Below, piece by piece: positions 1-15,260 of a stretch of DNA of 64,000 nucleotides. Source of the stretch: the human T2T-CHM13v2.0 reference genome, Homo sapiens; the NCBI RefSeq assembly GCF_009914755.1, contig NC_060936.1; one strand, given 5' to 3'. The notes beneath the pieces were generated by a model, which did no database searches, was not told where the DNA came from, and worked only from the letters and a program-made list of their open reading frames with translations. Each line of letters begins with the position of its first letter. The first letter of the stretch is position 1. The position numbers and the translations under genes were made by a program.

Positions 1-344
1 CCTGTGCCATAGGAAACCAAGCCAGAATTCATGTTGCAGGTACGTAAAATGGCAGGGCATGCCCCACTTATCCAGTACATCCAAAAATGTTCCTGGCTAA
101 TTTTAAGAGTTACTCAATCAATGACAGACTTTAAGGATAATTGAATGTTCTTTGTTTCTCTTGGCAAAATCACAATTTGCAGAATTCTATTTGGCAAGAG
201 ACATAGTCCAAAGTTCTTTTCTTTTTTTAAGGAAAATTATTTCAATCACAAGAAGTAGATTGCATGGGACAACCTGTGAGAGTCCTTTCAGGTCAAAACA
301 TTCTACATCTCTAACAGCATTGTGCACTGGCATGGAACACATGG

Positions 345-570
345 TAGAAGGAACGTTCCTGGGCTGTGGGGTTGGACAGACCCGAGCCTGGCCTCCTCCT
401 CTGCATGCAGCTTGATCAAGGTCTATCCTTTCTCTGAGTCTCTCTCATCTGCATAAATGGGGAGAGTAATACCTACCTTAGAGGATTGTTGTGAGAATTA
501 AATGAGAGTATTACATATAAAAGTGCCTGGGATAGTTCTAGGCACATGGTAGATAATGAATAAATGGGAA
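345..570 (+). mobile_element. MIR SINE (degenerate)
   Basis: MIR core-like 'ctcatctgcataaatgggg...tacctaccttagaggattgttgtgagaattaaatgaga' and 3' end 'ggcacatggtag...aataaatg'. Confidence 0.75.
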
Positions 571-859
571 TATTTCTACCTTGCTCTCCAAAGTCACTCA
601 GCAGAGTTACCTGAGACTACGAACCTCCCAGGAGAGCTGTTTACTTAGGTAATTACAGCTGCGGGTGAGACTTTGCCATTTGAGTGTGTTCCCTGTGGGA
701 CATATCACTTAAATAGCCCGTTGAGACTTTTTTTTTTTTTAAGAGGAAACGGGTTGAAGAGGGTAAGTCAGTGGTGGAAACTTACGGGTTGGAATGTAGG
801 CACTGGTTAGCTGGCTGCTTTGAGGACATCAGGCTACCCTATATTCCTCCATCCACCCG

Positions 860-1005
860 CCCATTCAATAAATTTTTATTGAACACAAATTCTGTGTTAG
901 CATCAGGCTTGAGGCTAGGGATACAACAGTGAAGAATAAACAGTCCCTGCCCTTAAGAGTTCACAGTCCACTGGGAGAAACAGACAAGAACACAAGCAAT
1001 TAAGA
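860..1005 (-). mobile_element. L2 LINE 3' fragment
   Basis: 'cattcaataaatttttattgaacac...gggatacaacagtgaagaataaacagtccctgcccttaagagttcacagtc' resembles antisense L2 3' end. Confidence 0.65.
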
Positions 1006-1211
1006 TATAGCCCATTGTGGTCAACGCCAAGGGAGGGGAAGTATAGAATGCCATGGACATGATGAGAACAAGACATGTGCTTTAACTTGTACTATTTTCA
1101 ATGTACTCAGTGAGGGGTAAGGAAAAACAGATGTTTAAACTATTTTTTTAAAGACTGATATATTAAACACTGGTACATCCATTACAACACTTAAAAAATA
1201 AAACACTACAA

Positions 1212-1526
1212 GGCTGGACACAGTGGCTCACCACTATAATCCCAAGCACTTTGGGAGGCCAAGTGAGGAGGATCACTTGAGGCCAAGAGTTCAAGACCAG
1301 CCTGGGCAACACAGGGAGAATTTATCTCTATTTAAAATTTAAAATTTTACAAATCAAGTCATAAACATTAGCTGGGCATGGTGGTGTGTGCCTGTGTTCC
1401 CAGCTACTTGGGAGGCTGAGGTGGGAGGATTATTTAAGCCCAGGAGTTTGAAGTTGCAGTGAGCTATGATGGTGCCACTGCCCTCCAGCCTGGGTGACAG
1501 AATGACACCGTTATCTCCAAAAAAAG
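1212..1526 (+). mobile_element. Alu (AluJ-like)
   Basis: Dimeric Alu with short A tail; J-type 'gaggatcacttgaggcc', 'gagctatgat'. Confidence 0.9.
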
Positions 1527-2158
1527 AGTGTTATTTGCTTTGGTAGACCTGGAGCAGATTTTCATATCCAGTTATGTAAGCAGTTGGGTTTCCAGTGATG
1601 TTTTAATGCAGTCATTGGTGGACACACTCTGGGAAGCTCTGGCTATGAGAGCACATAAAGTCCGCCCCCTGCTCCGGACATGAGGTTTAAAAATCTTTCC
1701 ACACCACTGGATGGAAATGTGGATGATTGGTAGAAATTACCCAACTAACGGTTAGAGGTGGAAAGGAGTGACGGCACTATTTCAGGCATAATAAGAAGTA
1801 TCAGAAGTGAGAAAAAACATGGAATATTTGAGATACTAAATGGCACTTATTTAAATGACATCAATTGCTGGGGCATAGAATTGAAGTGGGAAGTGTCGAC
1901 ATACAAGCCAGAGGAGACAAATATAGGAGAAACTCTGTCAGAGACTGTCCCACACTACAGAATACATTTATGGAAAATAATTAGAGCATGCACAAGTGTG
2001 CAGAAACCTGTGGGTAGAAGTGTTAAATTAACGTAGAATTTAAATGAGTCAAAACTCTTGGTATAATTTTTCCTAACATTCCTCTACAATGCCCAAAATG
2101 TTCCATATTCTTCATTAATCATGTTCATTATTTATATAATAATGGAGCAAAATTCTCA

Positions 2159-2472
<314 letters not shown>

Positions 2473-2930
2473 GAGAGAGAGAGAGAATGATTAAGTGCAT
2501 TTCTCCTTGTGACTCATGAAGAACAGTGCACTCACCCTCCTCACTGAGCAGGCGTCCTGTTTTACTGTGATAGGAAAATTCATGGCAGCACCACGCTGTG
2601 TGAGGTGAGTCTGCATCTAAACAGGAATATTGTGTCCGACTGGCGTGAAGGCCAATTGATTTTTGTTTCTGGAGTAGGATGGAGTTTGCCCCAGCAAGGG
2701 TTTGGGGCCTTCCTTGAGACACTGGCCCCACCACATGCCTGGAAAAGTCGGGAGCGGGAGCCTGGAAAGGAGACAGCAGGGACACTAGGAGCAGGTCAGA
2801 GGTGGGCTCCCTTCTTAGGGCAGATGATCAAAGGCCAAATGCCGCAAAGAGTTTCAGTCCAGTTTGAGACCTGCCACACCAGATCTGAACAGAAACGGAC
2901 ACCTCAAGTGCAGAGCACATAGACATGCAC

Positions 2931-3480
<550 letters not shown>

Positions 3481-4136
3481 TACGTTAAGGAGCCACTGGC
3501 AGAAAAGAAATTGGAGGCAGCAGCACAGGTAGCTGGGCATCTTTTGAAAAATCACGATGCGGATGATACAGGGAATTCAACTGCCCAAAATGAAGCAAAG
3601 GAGACAAGAGATGGAAATGTCCCTCAGAGAGAAGCAGGCCTCAGGTAGCCCTTGAAGGTGAGAGATGGCAGCACAAAACCACAAGAATTATTCAAGAGAC
3701 CCAGGAAGAAGGGGAGTCGGCAGGGTATGGCCTCCAACAGCAACACAGGAGTGCTGGCCTAGCACCCACTTCCTGGACTCAGCATAGTAGGAAGCCACGT
3801 GGGCTGTACACAGGAGAGTTGGTAAATTGTCCCCCAAGCACTTGGAAATACATTTCCTTTCTGAGATACAAACATATTACATTAACTGCTCAGAGATATG
3901 CAGTCGTCTCAGAGAGAAAAAATGGTTTTGAGGCCAGCAAGACTTGACCTGAGTGAGGGCATTAACAGAGCTAAAAAAAAAAATGTTGACACAAAACAAA
4001 AAGTAGAAGTAGTCCTCGATTTTCCCGCGTGCGTTACACAAACTACACTTTGACATATCACAAAGACAACTCAAGCCACCATTTCATAGGCTGCATGTGA
4101 CCTTCCTTCCCTCAGGTTTCCAGGGGACACTTGAAG

Positions 4137-4155
4137 CTACCACAAGGTGGCGCTG
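4137..4155 (+). promoter_or_regulatory. CTCF-binding motif
   Basis: CTACCACAAGGTGGCGCTG closely matches core CCASYAGRKGGCRS (one mismatch) in non-repeat sequence. Confidence 0.6.
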
Positions 4156-5160
4156 CCTGCCATCCAATAGTTTATCAATGCCCTTTTTTACCGATTACTG
4201 AAATTATTTACATATTTTATTGCCTTTTTTCCTTATTATCTTATAAAATGAGCAAAAATTGGAAGTTATCATGAAGGAGAGAATCTACTGGCAAGGAGGC
4301 TCAAGTATCTAGTCTCTTTTGTTTTTACATTTCCTTTGTAAATTAATAAACTGTCATTCTTACTTAAATTTCAATCTCTGTGGAACTTCAATAGTGTAAG
4401 TCAACATCCCTAACTACAATCAACTGAATAAAATCACATACTGTCACCTGCAAGGTCAGACCCTGGACCATGGGAAGCCCATCAGGTTATCACTTTGTGA
4501 GTCTCTTGGCACATTTTTGGTTTTTCCTATTTGTACAACTCTCGTTTTTAGTCACTATGCACTTTTCCACTTGAAGTGGAAAATTCCACTTCATTGCAAA
4601 CTCCAGTGCCTAGAAGGGCAAGCCAGTAGCCTAAATGAAGAAAGCAAGCCCTGGGCAAGAATACTGAGGAATATAGCAGGGAGTGGTGGGGACTGTGACA
4701 AAATGGAAAGCACATACCTTGTCTAAAGTGGGCTGACACTCAAGCATAGCCGCTTGTTGTCATATGCAAATAAGAGTTCTTTATTGCCAAATCTCTTTGT
4801 AAGAAAAAAAAAGGACTTTTATGTAAAATGTTATATTTTTGCAATATTAGCACCCCCCTCAAAAAAATACAATGAAGGCCAAACAAAACATATCTGTCAA
4901 CCACCAGCTTGAGGCTTCAGTTGTGTAGTATTTATAGATTAGTACATATATAGCACGATTTTTTCTTAAAATATTTTAATCAAAATAATACATGAGCATG
5001 GATTTTGCAAAATAGCTTACAACAAAAGGCAATAATCCTTTGTTCCATTCCTTCCAGGACCCACCCCAAAAGTCTCACCACTACCTCTTGATTCATCAGT
5101 TGTAGACATTTGAAACACTATTTAATTACTATCATGATACATGAAGATTTAACTCATTTA

Positions 5161-5531
<371 letters not shown>

Positions 5532-5669
5532 ACTGCTGAATCAATCAGCGTTTAGTCAAAATCACAACAGTTATTTGATCAGAGAAAATCTAATATAAAG
5601 ACTTGTTAACTGTGTAAAATTTAACTGTGTATAAAATGTTTAACAGAAACTGTAAAAAAGACTCTAAAA

Positions 5670-6207
5670 CAGGGTTTCTCAACCTTGACACTATTGGTGT
5701 CTTGAGCTGAATAATTGTTGTGGGTGCTGTCCTGTGCAATGTAGGATGTTTAGCAGTATCCCTGGCCTCCACCCAGTAGGTGCCAGTAGTATACCCCTCA
5801 CCTCCACCAAATTGTGACAACCAAAAATCTCTCCTGGCCAGGCGCGGTTGTTCCCGCCTGTAATCCCAGCTTTTTGGGAGGCCGAGGTGGGAGGATCACC
5901 TGAGATCAGGAGTTCAAGACCAGCATGGTTAACGTGATGAAACCCTGTCTCTACTAAAAATACAAAAATTCACTGGGCATGGTGGCGAGCGCCTGTAATC
6001 TGAGCCACTCGGGAGGCTGAAGCCCAGGGAATCGCTTGAACCTGGGAGGCAGAGACTGCAGTGAGCCTAGATCACATCACTGCACTCCAGCCTGGGCGAC
6101 AGAGCGAAACTACATCTCAAAAAAAAAAAAAAAAAAAAAAAAAACAACTCCAGCTTTTGCCAAACGTCCCCTGGGAAGCAAACTTGCCACTGGTCAGGAA
6201 TCACTGC
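5670..6207. mobile_element. MER20 hAT DNA transposon split by an Alu
   Basis: Starts 'cagggtttctcaacc', internal 'aggatgtttagcagtatccctggcctc...gtgacaaccaaaaat', resumes after Alu and ends 'aggaatcactg'. Confidence 0.75.
5836..6144 (+). mobile_element. Alu (AluS-like) inside MER20
   Basis: Full dimer with long poly(A). Confidence 0.95.
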
Positions 6208-6862
6208 CCTAAGGTAGGTATCACAAAAGAAACAAGGGTAGGAAGCAGCTACCACCCCTAGGGCTAGGGGAAGGAAGAGAAGGGACTGAAATTATTAAAA
6301 CTTAGAAAAGTAGAAGAGGTGACATTTAACCCCTCAGACCCCTTCTGGGGTCTCAGCCTGCTTGGCTGGTGCTGGGGTCTCTAAGGCGGGCACCAGAAAG
6401 CTGGTTCTGCAGATGTTGGAAAAACTGGATTCCATGGCTACCAGAAAAAGGACCTGCAGGTTGCAGGCAGAAACAGCTTTGTGGTCTGATGCTCTCTGAA
6501 ACAGAAGCCTACGGGGAGGAGGAAGTCCCTTCCCTCCTCCAGCCTTGCAGCCTCCCTCGAGTGCCCCCTGGAGGCAGAGCCTAGCAGCGAGCCAGCAGGC
6601 TGAGCAGAAACGCGGCTTCCGGAGTCCGAGCCTCAGCATCACAAAGCCGAGGTAGAAAATTGTCTGAAGCCAAAAGACTGGAACTGGTAGAAGGGCCAGG
6701 CTCTCTACTAAGGTCTCTCATTTATTACCCCATGTGATTCTCAAACTCTGACGTGCTTATCAGTCACCGGGAATGTGAGACAAAATTGGAAAAGTAAGCA
6801 AGAATAATGGAAGGTCATGGCAAGAAGTTTGAACTTCTTCCCAGGAACTAGAGAGCCATTGA

Positions 6863-7358
<496 letters not shown>

Positions 7359-8097
7359 GCAGTTACACATATTTATAGACAACATATTGGATATTTTTTC
7401 CTGATGTCTGGTCTTATCCACTGTGAATTAACTCCTACTGGTTTTGCTGTCAGTGTAACCTTATTTCTAATCTTGGGGACATTTCTCTTGAGCCCTCTAT
7501 GACTCTCATTCCCACAGAGTTAGTGGCTCCTTCCACTCGGCTCTTACAGCTTGCTGTATAGACCTTTCTGTCTTTGTTTCTGTTGTTTAAATGTCTACTT
7601 CTCTCACCAGACTGTTAATGCCTCAACAGGAATTGTGTTTTATTGATTTTTGTTTGCCCACATTGTAATCTAATAAGTGTTTCTTAAAAGCTTAATGGAA
7701 GGATGAACGAGCAGGAAGGCAAGAAGAAATAAAAATATAAATGTACTTGGAAACCTACACCTCCCAGTCACAGAATGATTTTTCAGATGATAAGGAAATA
7801 TTTTTGAAATACAGAATTACCATTTAAAGAATAAATAAGTTAACCCTCTTTTAAATTTTATGTGGGTATCTCTGAATTGGTGAAAAATCTAAACACAAGA
7901 GAAGATTTTGTTAAGTGACAAAAATACAAACATTATAAGATGCTGCCAATGTTACACTTAATTTAGCTCCTTGAAAGGTGTGTCTATCCAAGTAACATAC
8001 TCCAGGACTCATACAGTAATAATTCTGGGTTGTAGATTAAGACTCTTTTGTTAGCTCCCTCAACTCAATCTTCCTTCCCTCCCTTATTTCTGACATT

Positions 8098-8151
8098 TCC
8101 CGCCGCCCCCCCCCCGCCGCCCCCCCCCCCACCCCCCCCCCCCACCCGCCC
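8098..8151 (-). repeat. C-rich tract (G-rich on minus strand, G-quadruplex potential)
   Basis: ~54 nt almost entirely C with several long C runs. Confidence 0.85.
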
Positions 8152-8252
8152 TGAGTCTCTGTCTTGGCTTCCCCACTTTGGTGGAGGAGTCAATGTCTCC
8201 AGCCTTCCACTTTCCCTCACTATTGCTTTCATTTCTCCCTTACAATTCAGCA

Positions 8253-8813
<561 letters not shown>

Positions 8814-8844
8814 TAAATCCGCCACTAGGTTCGGGTATTGCCTT

Positions 8845-9040
8845 GAGAAAAGCATAGCTGTGGCATCAAGCAGATTGAGTCAAATCTTGCCTCTGCCACT
8901 TTCTTAGCTCTGTAACCTTTGGAAAGTTATCCAGCTTTGCCCTTTTTCTGTATCCTCTACTCTAAAGTAGTTAATAATGTCAGCATCGTGAGGTTGCTAT
9001 GAAAATTAAAATATAAGTTACATGCAAAATATCAAGCATA
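8845..9040 (+). mobile_element. MIR SINE
   Basis: 'caaatcttgcctctgccactttcttagctctgtaacctttggaaagttat...gtgaggttgctatgaaaattaaa'. Confidence 0.7.
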
Positions 9041-9652
<612 letters not shown>

Positions 9653-9669
9653 TCAAGCATAATACCTTA

Positions 9670-9810
9670 GATGGGTTCCTGGATACTGACTAAGAGAGGG
9701 AGATGTGTGTGCAGGGGGATTTATTAGGGTTTGCCCTCAGAATCAACAGAATAGGGGAATGAAGAAATAGGAGTGGGCAGAGAGGAAAGTTGAACCGTGA
9801 TGCAGTCACT
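9670..9810. mobile_element. Old ERVL-type LTR fragment (LTR33/LTR16-like)
   Basis: 'gggttcc...gagatgtgtgtgcagggggatttattaggg...ggagtgggcagagaggaaagttgaaccgtgatgcagtc' resembles recalled consensus. Confidence 0.4.
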
Positions 9811-9884
9811 CTGATGAGTCAAGAGAACCAATGACCCCACGTGGCTTAAATCAATGGGCAAGTTACCTTGTAACAGCCTTTGGC

Positions 9885-11062
9885 CCCCTTTGATCATTCC
9901 TCCTGGAATGCTTCCTTCATTCAGTTGGTTTCTAGGACCTCACACTCTCTTGGTTTTGCTTTTATCTCTCTGGTTCCTCCTTGATCTTTTTGGCTGGTCC
10001 CATCTTTTCTTCTCAACATCTTAATGTTACAGTGCCCCAGAGCTCAGCCTGGCCTCTTCTCAGTCCCTTGGTCATCTTGCCTAGCCTTGTAGCTTGAAAT
10101 ATACCATCTATTTGTCCTACAACTGCCAACTTTATATCTCCAGCCCAGACCTCTGCCCTAAACTCAGGGCTTGTATATCCAACGTCTTCTCTTTCTCTAC
10201 TTGTATGTCTAATAAATAATTCAAACTTCAGTCTGCGCTTCCATCCCACACCACCTCTACCACCAAACCCACTCTATCTACAGTCTTCCCCATCTTAAAT
10301 GATGGCAATCTCATCATTTCAGTTGCTTAGGCCCAAAATGTTGTGGTCACCTTTGACTCCCCTCTTCCTGTGGCGCTCCACACATAATCCATCAGGAAAT
10401 ACTACTGTAACCACTTTCAGAATATACCCAGAATCGGACCAATTTCATCACTAACCTTCTGGTCACTGTAGTTTCTCCCCTGAGTTATTGCTATTGCCTC
10501 TTAGCTGATTGTGTCAATCCTCTGCTCAGAATCTCTTAGTGACTGCCTACTTCTCTCAAATAAAGGCCAAAATACTTTCAGTAGCCTACAAGGCCCTCTG
10601 TGACCTTGCCCTTGGTTATCAGAGCGATCTTACCTTTTACTATCTTCTCCTTCATGCACCCCACTCCAGTTCTCTTATTGCTCCTGGAATATGACAAGCA
10701 TGCCTGTGCCTCAGGGCCTTTGCACAGGCGTTCCCGCTATCGAAATGTTCTTCCCCAAATGTCTGTGTGGCTCAGCCCGTCATGCTTTTTGAGTCTGTTC
10801 ACATATTATCCTCTCCATACAGCCTTCTCTGACAACCTAACTTAAAATTGCCATGCCACACCCCTCCTATCCCCAGCATTTTCAATCCCCCTTCCCTGCT
10901 TTACCTTGTCCTCACAGTCCTGATCACATTCAAACACACTAGATATCATAAATTATTTATTTACTGTATATTGTTTGTGTCCCGTATTTTGTTCACTGAA
11001 CCCCAGCACCTAAACAAGGTCTAGTGCATAGTAGGGTTTAATCAGTAGTACTGAATGAATAA
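9885..11062 (+). mobile_element. L2 (L2a-like) 3' ~1.2 kb
   Basis: 'ccagcccagacctctgcccta', 'cctcagggcctttgcac', ends 'ccccagcacctaaacaaggtctagtgcatagtagg...tgaatgaataaa'. Confidence 0.85.
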
Positions 11063-11330
11063 AAACAAGTTATATGCTTATGCTTAATGATTAAATTTCA
11101 ATGCAATTATTTTTGCAGAGCCCATAATTTTAGTACTTTTATGGCATAGTGTAAACCTATGCACTGTGATTAGCTACTGTGCTTTTCATTAATGCATATC
11201 ACTTCACTGAAAAATCACACAACCCTCTTCTGCAGATTTCAAAGTATCTGTCTTTTCTGAAAATGGTACAAGGGAAACTCCCATATCTGTACCTAAATAT
11301 TGCCTGGAGTATAAATCATCATAACCAGCT

Positions 11331-11342
11331 TCACGTGACTCA
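11331..11342. promoter_or_regulatory. Overlapping E-box (TCACGTGAC) and AP-1 (TGACTCA) motifs
   Basis: Sequence tcacgtgactca in unique DNA. Confidence 0.4.
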
Positions 11343-11382
11343 AACACTGAAACAATGTGGCTGCACACAGGGTTGTGGGATC

Positions 11383-11400
11383 AGGTTACCATGGTAACCT
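11383..11400. promoter_or_regulatory. RFX X-box, perfect 18-bp palindrome
   Basis: AGGTTACCATGGTAACCT contains GTTACCATGGTAAC, matching consensus GTTRCCATGGYAAC. Confidence 0.6.
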
Positions 11401-11777
11401 CGACTCTCATCTTCTCTGAGCTTAATTGTTCAATTCTGAAATTGCATGCTCTTGAGGTTTAGCATGCTTCAACTCTGCCAGGCCTCAGCTGGCAGGAAAT
11501 TAAGTTATGGTATTAGTGTTCATCATAATCATTTGTTAATGATCATTTATATTTAGGAATATGAGAAAATATAGAAAAAGTAGGGTATTTAGGAGGGCTT
11601 TTCAATCTACCAAACATGGCTTTAAGTATTGGTGCTGGTTTTGCATATTGTAAGAACACACTGTTTATATTCCTGGTCCCCAAAATGCACTTGCCACATA
11701 CTTTCGGTCATATTTGTGTTTCAGGATGTAAGCTCACTGAACTGGCTTCCTTGGTCCTTTAGAAGACTAAACAAATA

Positions 11778-12087
11778 GGCTGGGCACCTATAAACAAATA
11801 GGCTCACGCCTGTAATCCCAGCACTTTGGGAGGCTGAGGTGGGCAGATCACTAGAGATCAAAAATTCGAGACCAGCCTGGCCAACATGGTGAAACCCCGT
11901 CTCTACTAAGAAAATACAAAAATTAGTCAGGCTTGGTGACATGCACCTGTAGTCCCCGCTACTCAGGAGGCTGAAGCAGGAGAATTGCTTGAACCCAGCA
12001 GGTGGAGGTTGCAGTGAGCAGAGGTCGCACCACTGCACTCCAGGCTGGGTGACACAGCGAGACTCCACCTCAAAAAAAAACAAAAAA
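11778..12087 (+). mobile_element. Alu (AluS-like)
   Basis: Full dimer; TSD agaagactaa(a/c)caaata. Confidence 0.95.
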
Positions 12088-12613
12088 GAAGACTAACCAA
12101 ATAAAAAAGTTGTAGGAAAATGTACAATTGATGTAGTTTAAGTTGTGGGAAGTGAAAGGCCTAGTTATTAAAAAGAAAGTGAGCCAACAATAAATTCTCT
12201 AAATTTGTTTTACTTGAGAAAAGAAATATAATCTTAATTAAAAAAAATAAATCTGTAGTAGCTCAATTAATACAAATAAATGGAGACTTTCTTTACATAA
12301 CCCTTTCCATTTTCAGAAACAATACTATAATCTTTATAACTAGGTTAATTTTTTTCACTAATAGAATACATTATCTCATTTTCTGGTTATATTTCTATAC
12401 TCAAATCAAGGCTACAAGCTCCACACTTTGTCCTAGCCTTGATCTGAAACCTTAACAGATCCTGGGGGCCTGGATCAAGCCAACAACGGTGGGCAATAGA
12501 GGGGAGGGGAGCAGATTGGAAAACTGGTTATCTGGTGGAATCCATCTATAACTGAATACAAGGACGTCTTAGTCTGTTCCTACTGCTATCACAAAAAAAT
12601 TTAGACTGGGTAA

Positions 12614-13012
<399 letters not shown>

Positions 13013-13196
13013 GCCTGTTCCTTATAGATGGCACTGTCTATGTATTGTCACATGGCAGAAGAGAAGGGCAAAAGGGGCCAACAAGCTCCCTCAGGTCGCT
13101 TTACAAAGACAGTAATCCTATTCACAAGGGCTTCACCCTTATGATATAGTCACCTCCCAAAGGTCCCACCTCTTAATAGCAACACAGCAGGGATGA

Positions 13197-13275
13197 TTAG
13201 GTTGGTGCAAAAGTAATTGCGGTTCTGCCATTACTTTCAATGGCAAAAACCATGATTATTTTTGCACCAACCTAA
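13197..13275. mobile_element. MADE1 (Hsmar1-derived MITE)
   Basis: 79-bp near-palindrome TTAGGTTGGTGCAAAAGTAATTGCGG...ATTATTTTTGCACCAACCTAA followed by TA. Confidence 0.92.
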
Positions 13276-13788
13276 TAAATTTCAACGTACACATTTTGGA
13301 GGAACACAGACATTCAGACCACAACAGAGGGGTGAAGAGAAAAGTTTTTTGATCTTCAAATTTCCAGCATAAGTGAGCGGGTGGAATAGTGGCTTGACAC
13401 TGTCAACCATTGCATTAGGATGTCTATTCTGAGAAGGCTTGTGCAAGAAGATGGAGATTCTATTTGTGGTTTGTGACCCAGTAGGGTGGAAAAGGTTAGT
13501 AGACAGATATGTGAAGCATTAAGATAAGAGGCTTGGACTAGAGCTATAGATGTGGGAGTGAACTAAGCCAGAAACAGCAGCCTTTCTGGTTTCAAGGATT
13601 GGTGAGAATGAGGACTGGGACTCAGGATAGGCTACTGTTTATCCTGCAAAAGATGTACACCAACAGAAAGTATGTGGAGGTGTGAATTGACATGGCTCCT
13701 TAGCCCCAAGTTCTGTGGTCGCAACAGTCCACAGGTGTGAGGAATCTGTAGGTCCTCACCTACAGAATGGTAGGCTCAGTCCACTCTC

Positions 13789-14059
13789 TTTTTTTATTTT
13801 GTTTTGTTTTTGAGATATGGTCTTGCTCTGTTGCCCAGGCTGAAATGCAGGTAGAAATCACAGCTCACTGTAGCCTCCCTGGCTCTCCTGAGTAGCCAAG
13901 ACTATAAGCATGCACTACCATGCCTGACTAGTTTATTTTTTGAAGAGTTGGAGTCTTGCTATGTTGCCCAGGCTGGTCTCAAACTCCTGGCCTGAAGCAA
14001 TCCTCCTCCCTCAGCCTCCCAAAGTGTTGGGATTACAGATATGAGCCACTGTGCCCAGC
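13789..14059 (-). mobile_element. Alu (AluJ-like, internally deleted)
   Basis: Degenerate dimer with T tail. Confidence 0.85.
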
Positions 14060-14265
14060 TCAGTCCACTATATTTTCTTCTGTTTTAGGCAGGGTTTGGG
14101 TTGCAGGTGGTAAAGAGAGGGGGAACGTTCAAATATCCAGCTTGTCTCTATATAAAGAAACTCTTGCCACACTGTAGTAACAGACTCCCAAATTTCATTT
14201 CTTGCTACACCGTTGGCTTATCTGACCTTTCAGTCTTCCCCCAAGGATTTATCAGGATACAATAG

Positions 14266-14933
14266 TGTGATCTGAAATGGCCCCTTATCAACTAAGTAGA
14301 CCCTAAGATTAGGGAAACAAAAGTTACCTATAGGTTGAGGGATCAGGGCCAGGCTGGCATGGCAAATTTCTCAATTCCTACAGCTCCAAGAACAACCAAA
14401 CTCTTGTTAAACTCTCTAATAATGGGAGCTATCAGGCCAATTATTAGACCCCTTCTAACTCTGATTTACAACCCAGACCACTGCAACTCTGATGGACAGA
14501 GGATTGGCCTTACAGAGATTCTTTCCTGATAAGCAACTGCGACCCTTAAGGCAGCTTCAGCCATCTTATAGAGGCTGCACCGTCTATTTTGTGTCCTATA
14601 GTTGAACTTTTGACAAAAGAGCCAAATTCCATCACATTTTAATGCTAAAATTCCACCCAAAAGTAATCATGGGATGTATGTTTTATATATATATATGTTT
14701 ACCCATTGCTCATGCATTGCTCACAAATACGCATAGCTTTTCTCCCAAACCTGCTGGATATGTACGACTTCAGGCCCTGTAAGGTGTAAAACCCAACCTG
14801 CCCTTCCCCTCCTCAAAAAGAGAGCCCCCTTAGGTCCACACTGGAGACTTTCTCGTCCCAGTTGGCAAACTGATATGGCCAATACAGCTCTCCTTTCTAC
14901 TATGTAGCCATCTGGGTTGTCTTTTGGGTGACA
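14266..14933 (+). mobile_element. ERV1 solo LTR (MER34/MER39-like)
   Basis: TG start 'tgtgatctgaaatggcccc', end 'gggtgaca'; internal 'ctgataagcaactgc', 'gagccaaattccatcacattttaatgctaaaa'. Confidence 0.6.
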
Positions 14934-14989
14934 ATAGTAATTGAGACTTTGGGCTTGAAGAAAATCTCTGTGGAAAGGTAGGTAAAGTG

Positions 14990-15260
14990 AGAAAGGAAAC
15001 AGCCAGAGATGGGATCCTCTGGAACCCTAACATCTAGGAGCAGAAAGAGGGACTGCAGAGGGAACTTAGGTTTACAGAGAAATAGAAAGAAAAATGGGGG
15101 TGAGAGGAGGAAGTGGTGTTCCAGAAGTCAAGGGGTAAGAGTTTCAAGGAGGTAGAATGTTCAACTGTGTTCAATGCTGCAGAAAGCAATTAAATAGGGG
15201 GCAAGAAAGTCTATGAGTTTGGCAACTAGGAGGACACCATGACCTTGGCTAGACCAGTTT
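14990..15260 (-). mobile_element. L2 fragment
   Basis: 'gtttcaaggaggtagaatgttcaactgtgttcaatgctgc...ttggcaactaggaggacaccatgaccttgg'. Confidence 0.6.

Noticed and set aside
6300-6660. GC-richer stretch with 102-aa and 71-aa ORFs as a possible exon
   Set aside because: No recognisable protein similarity and no convincing splice-site pair
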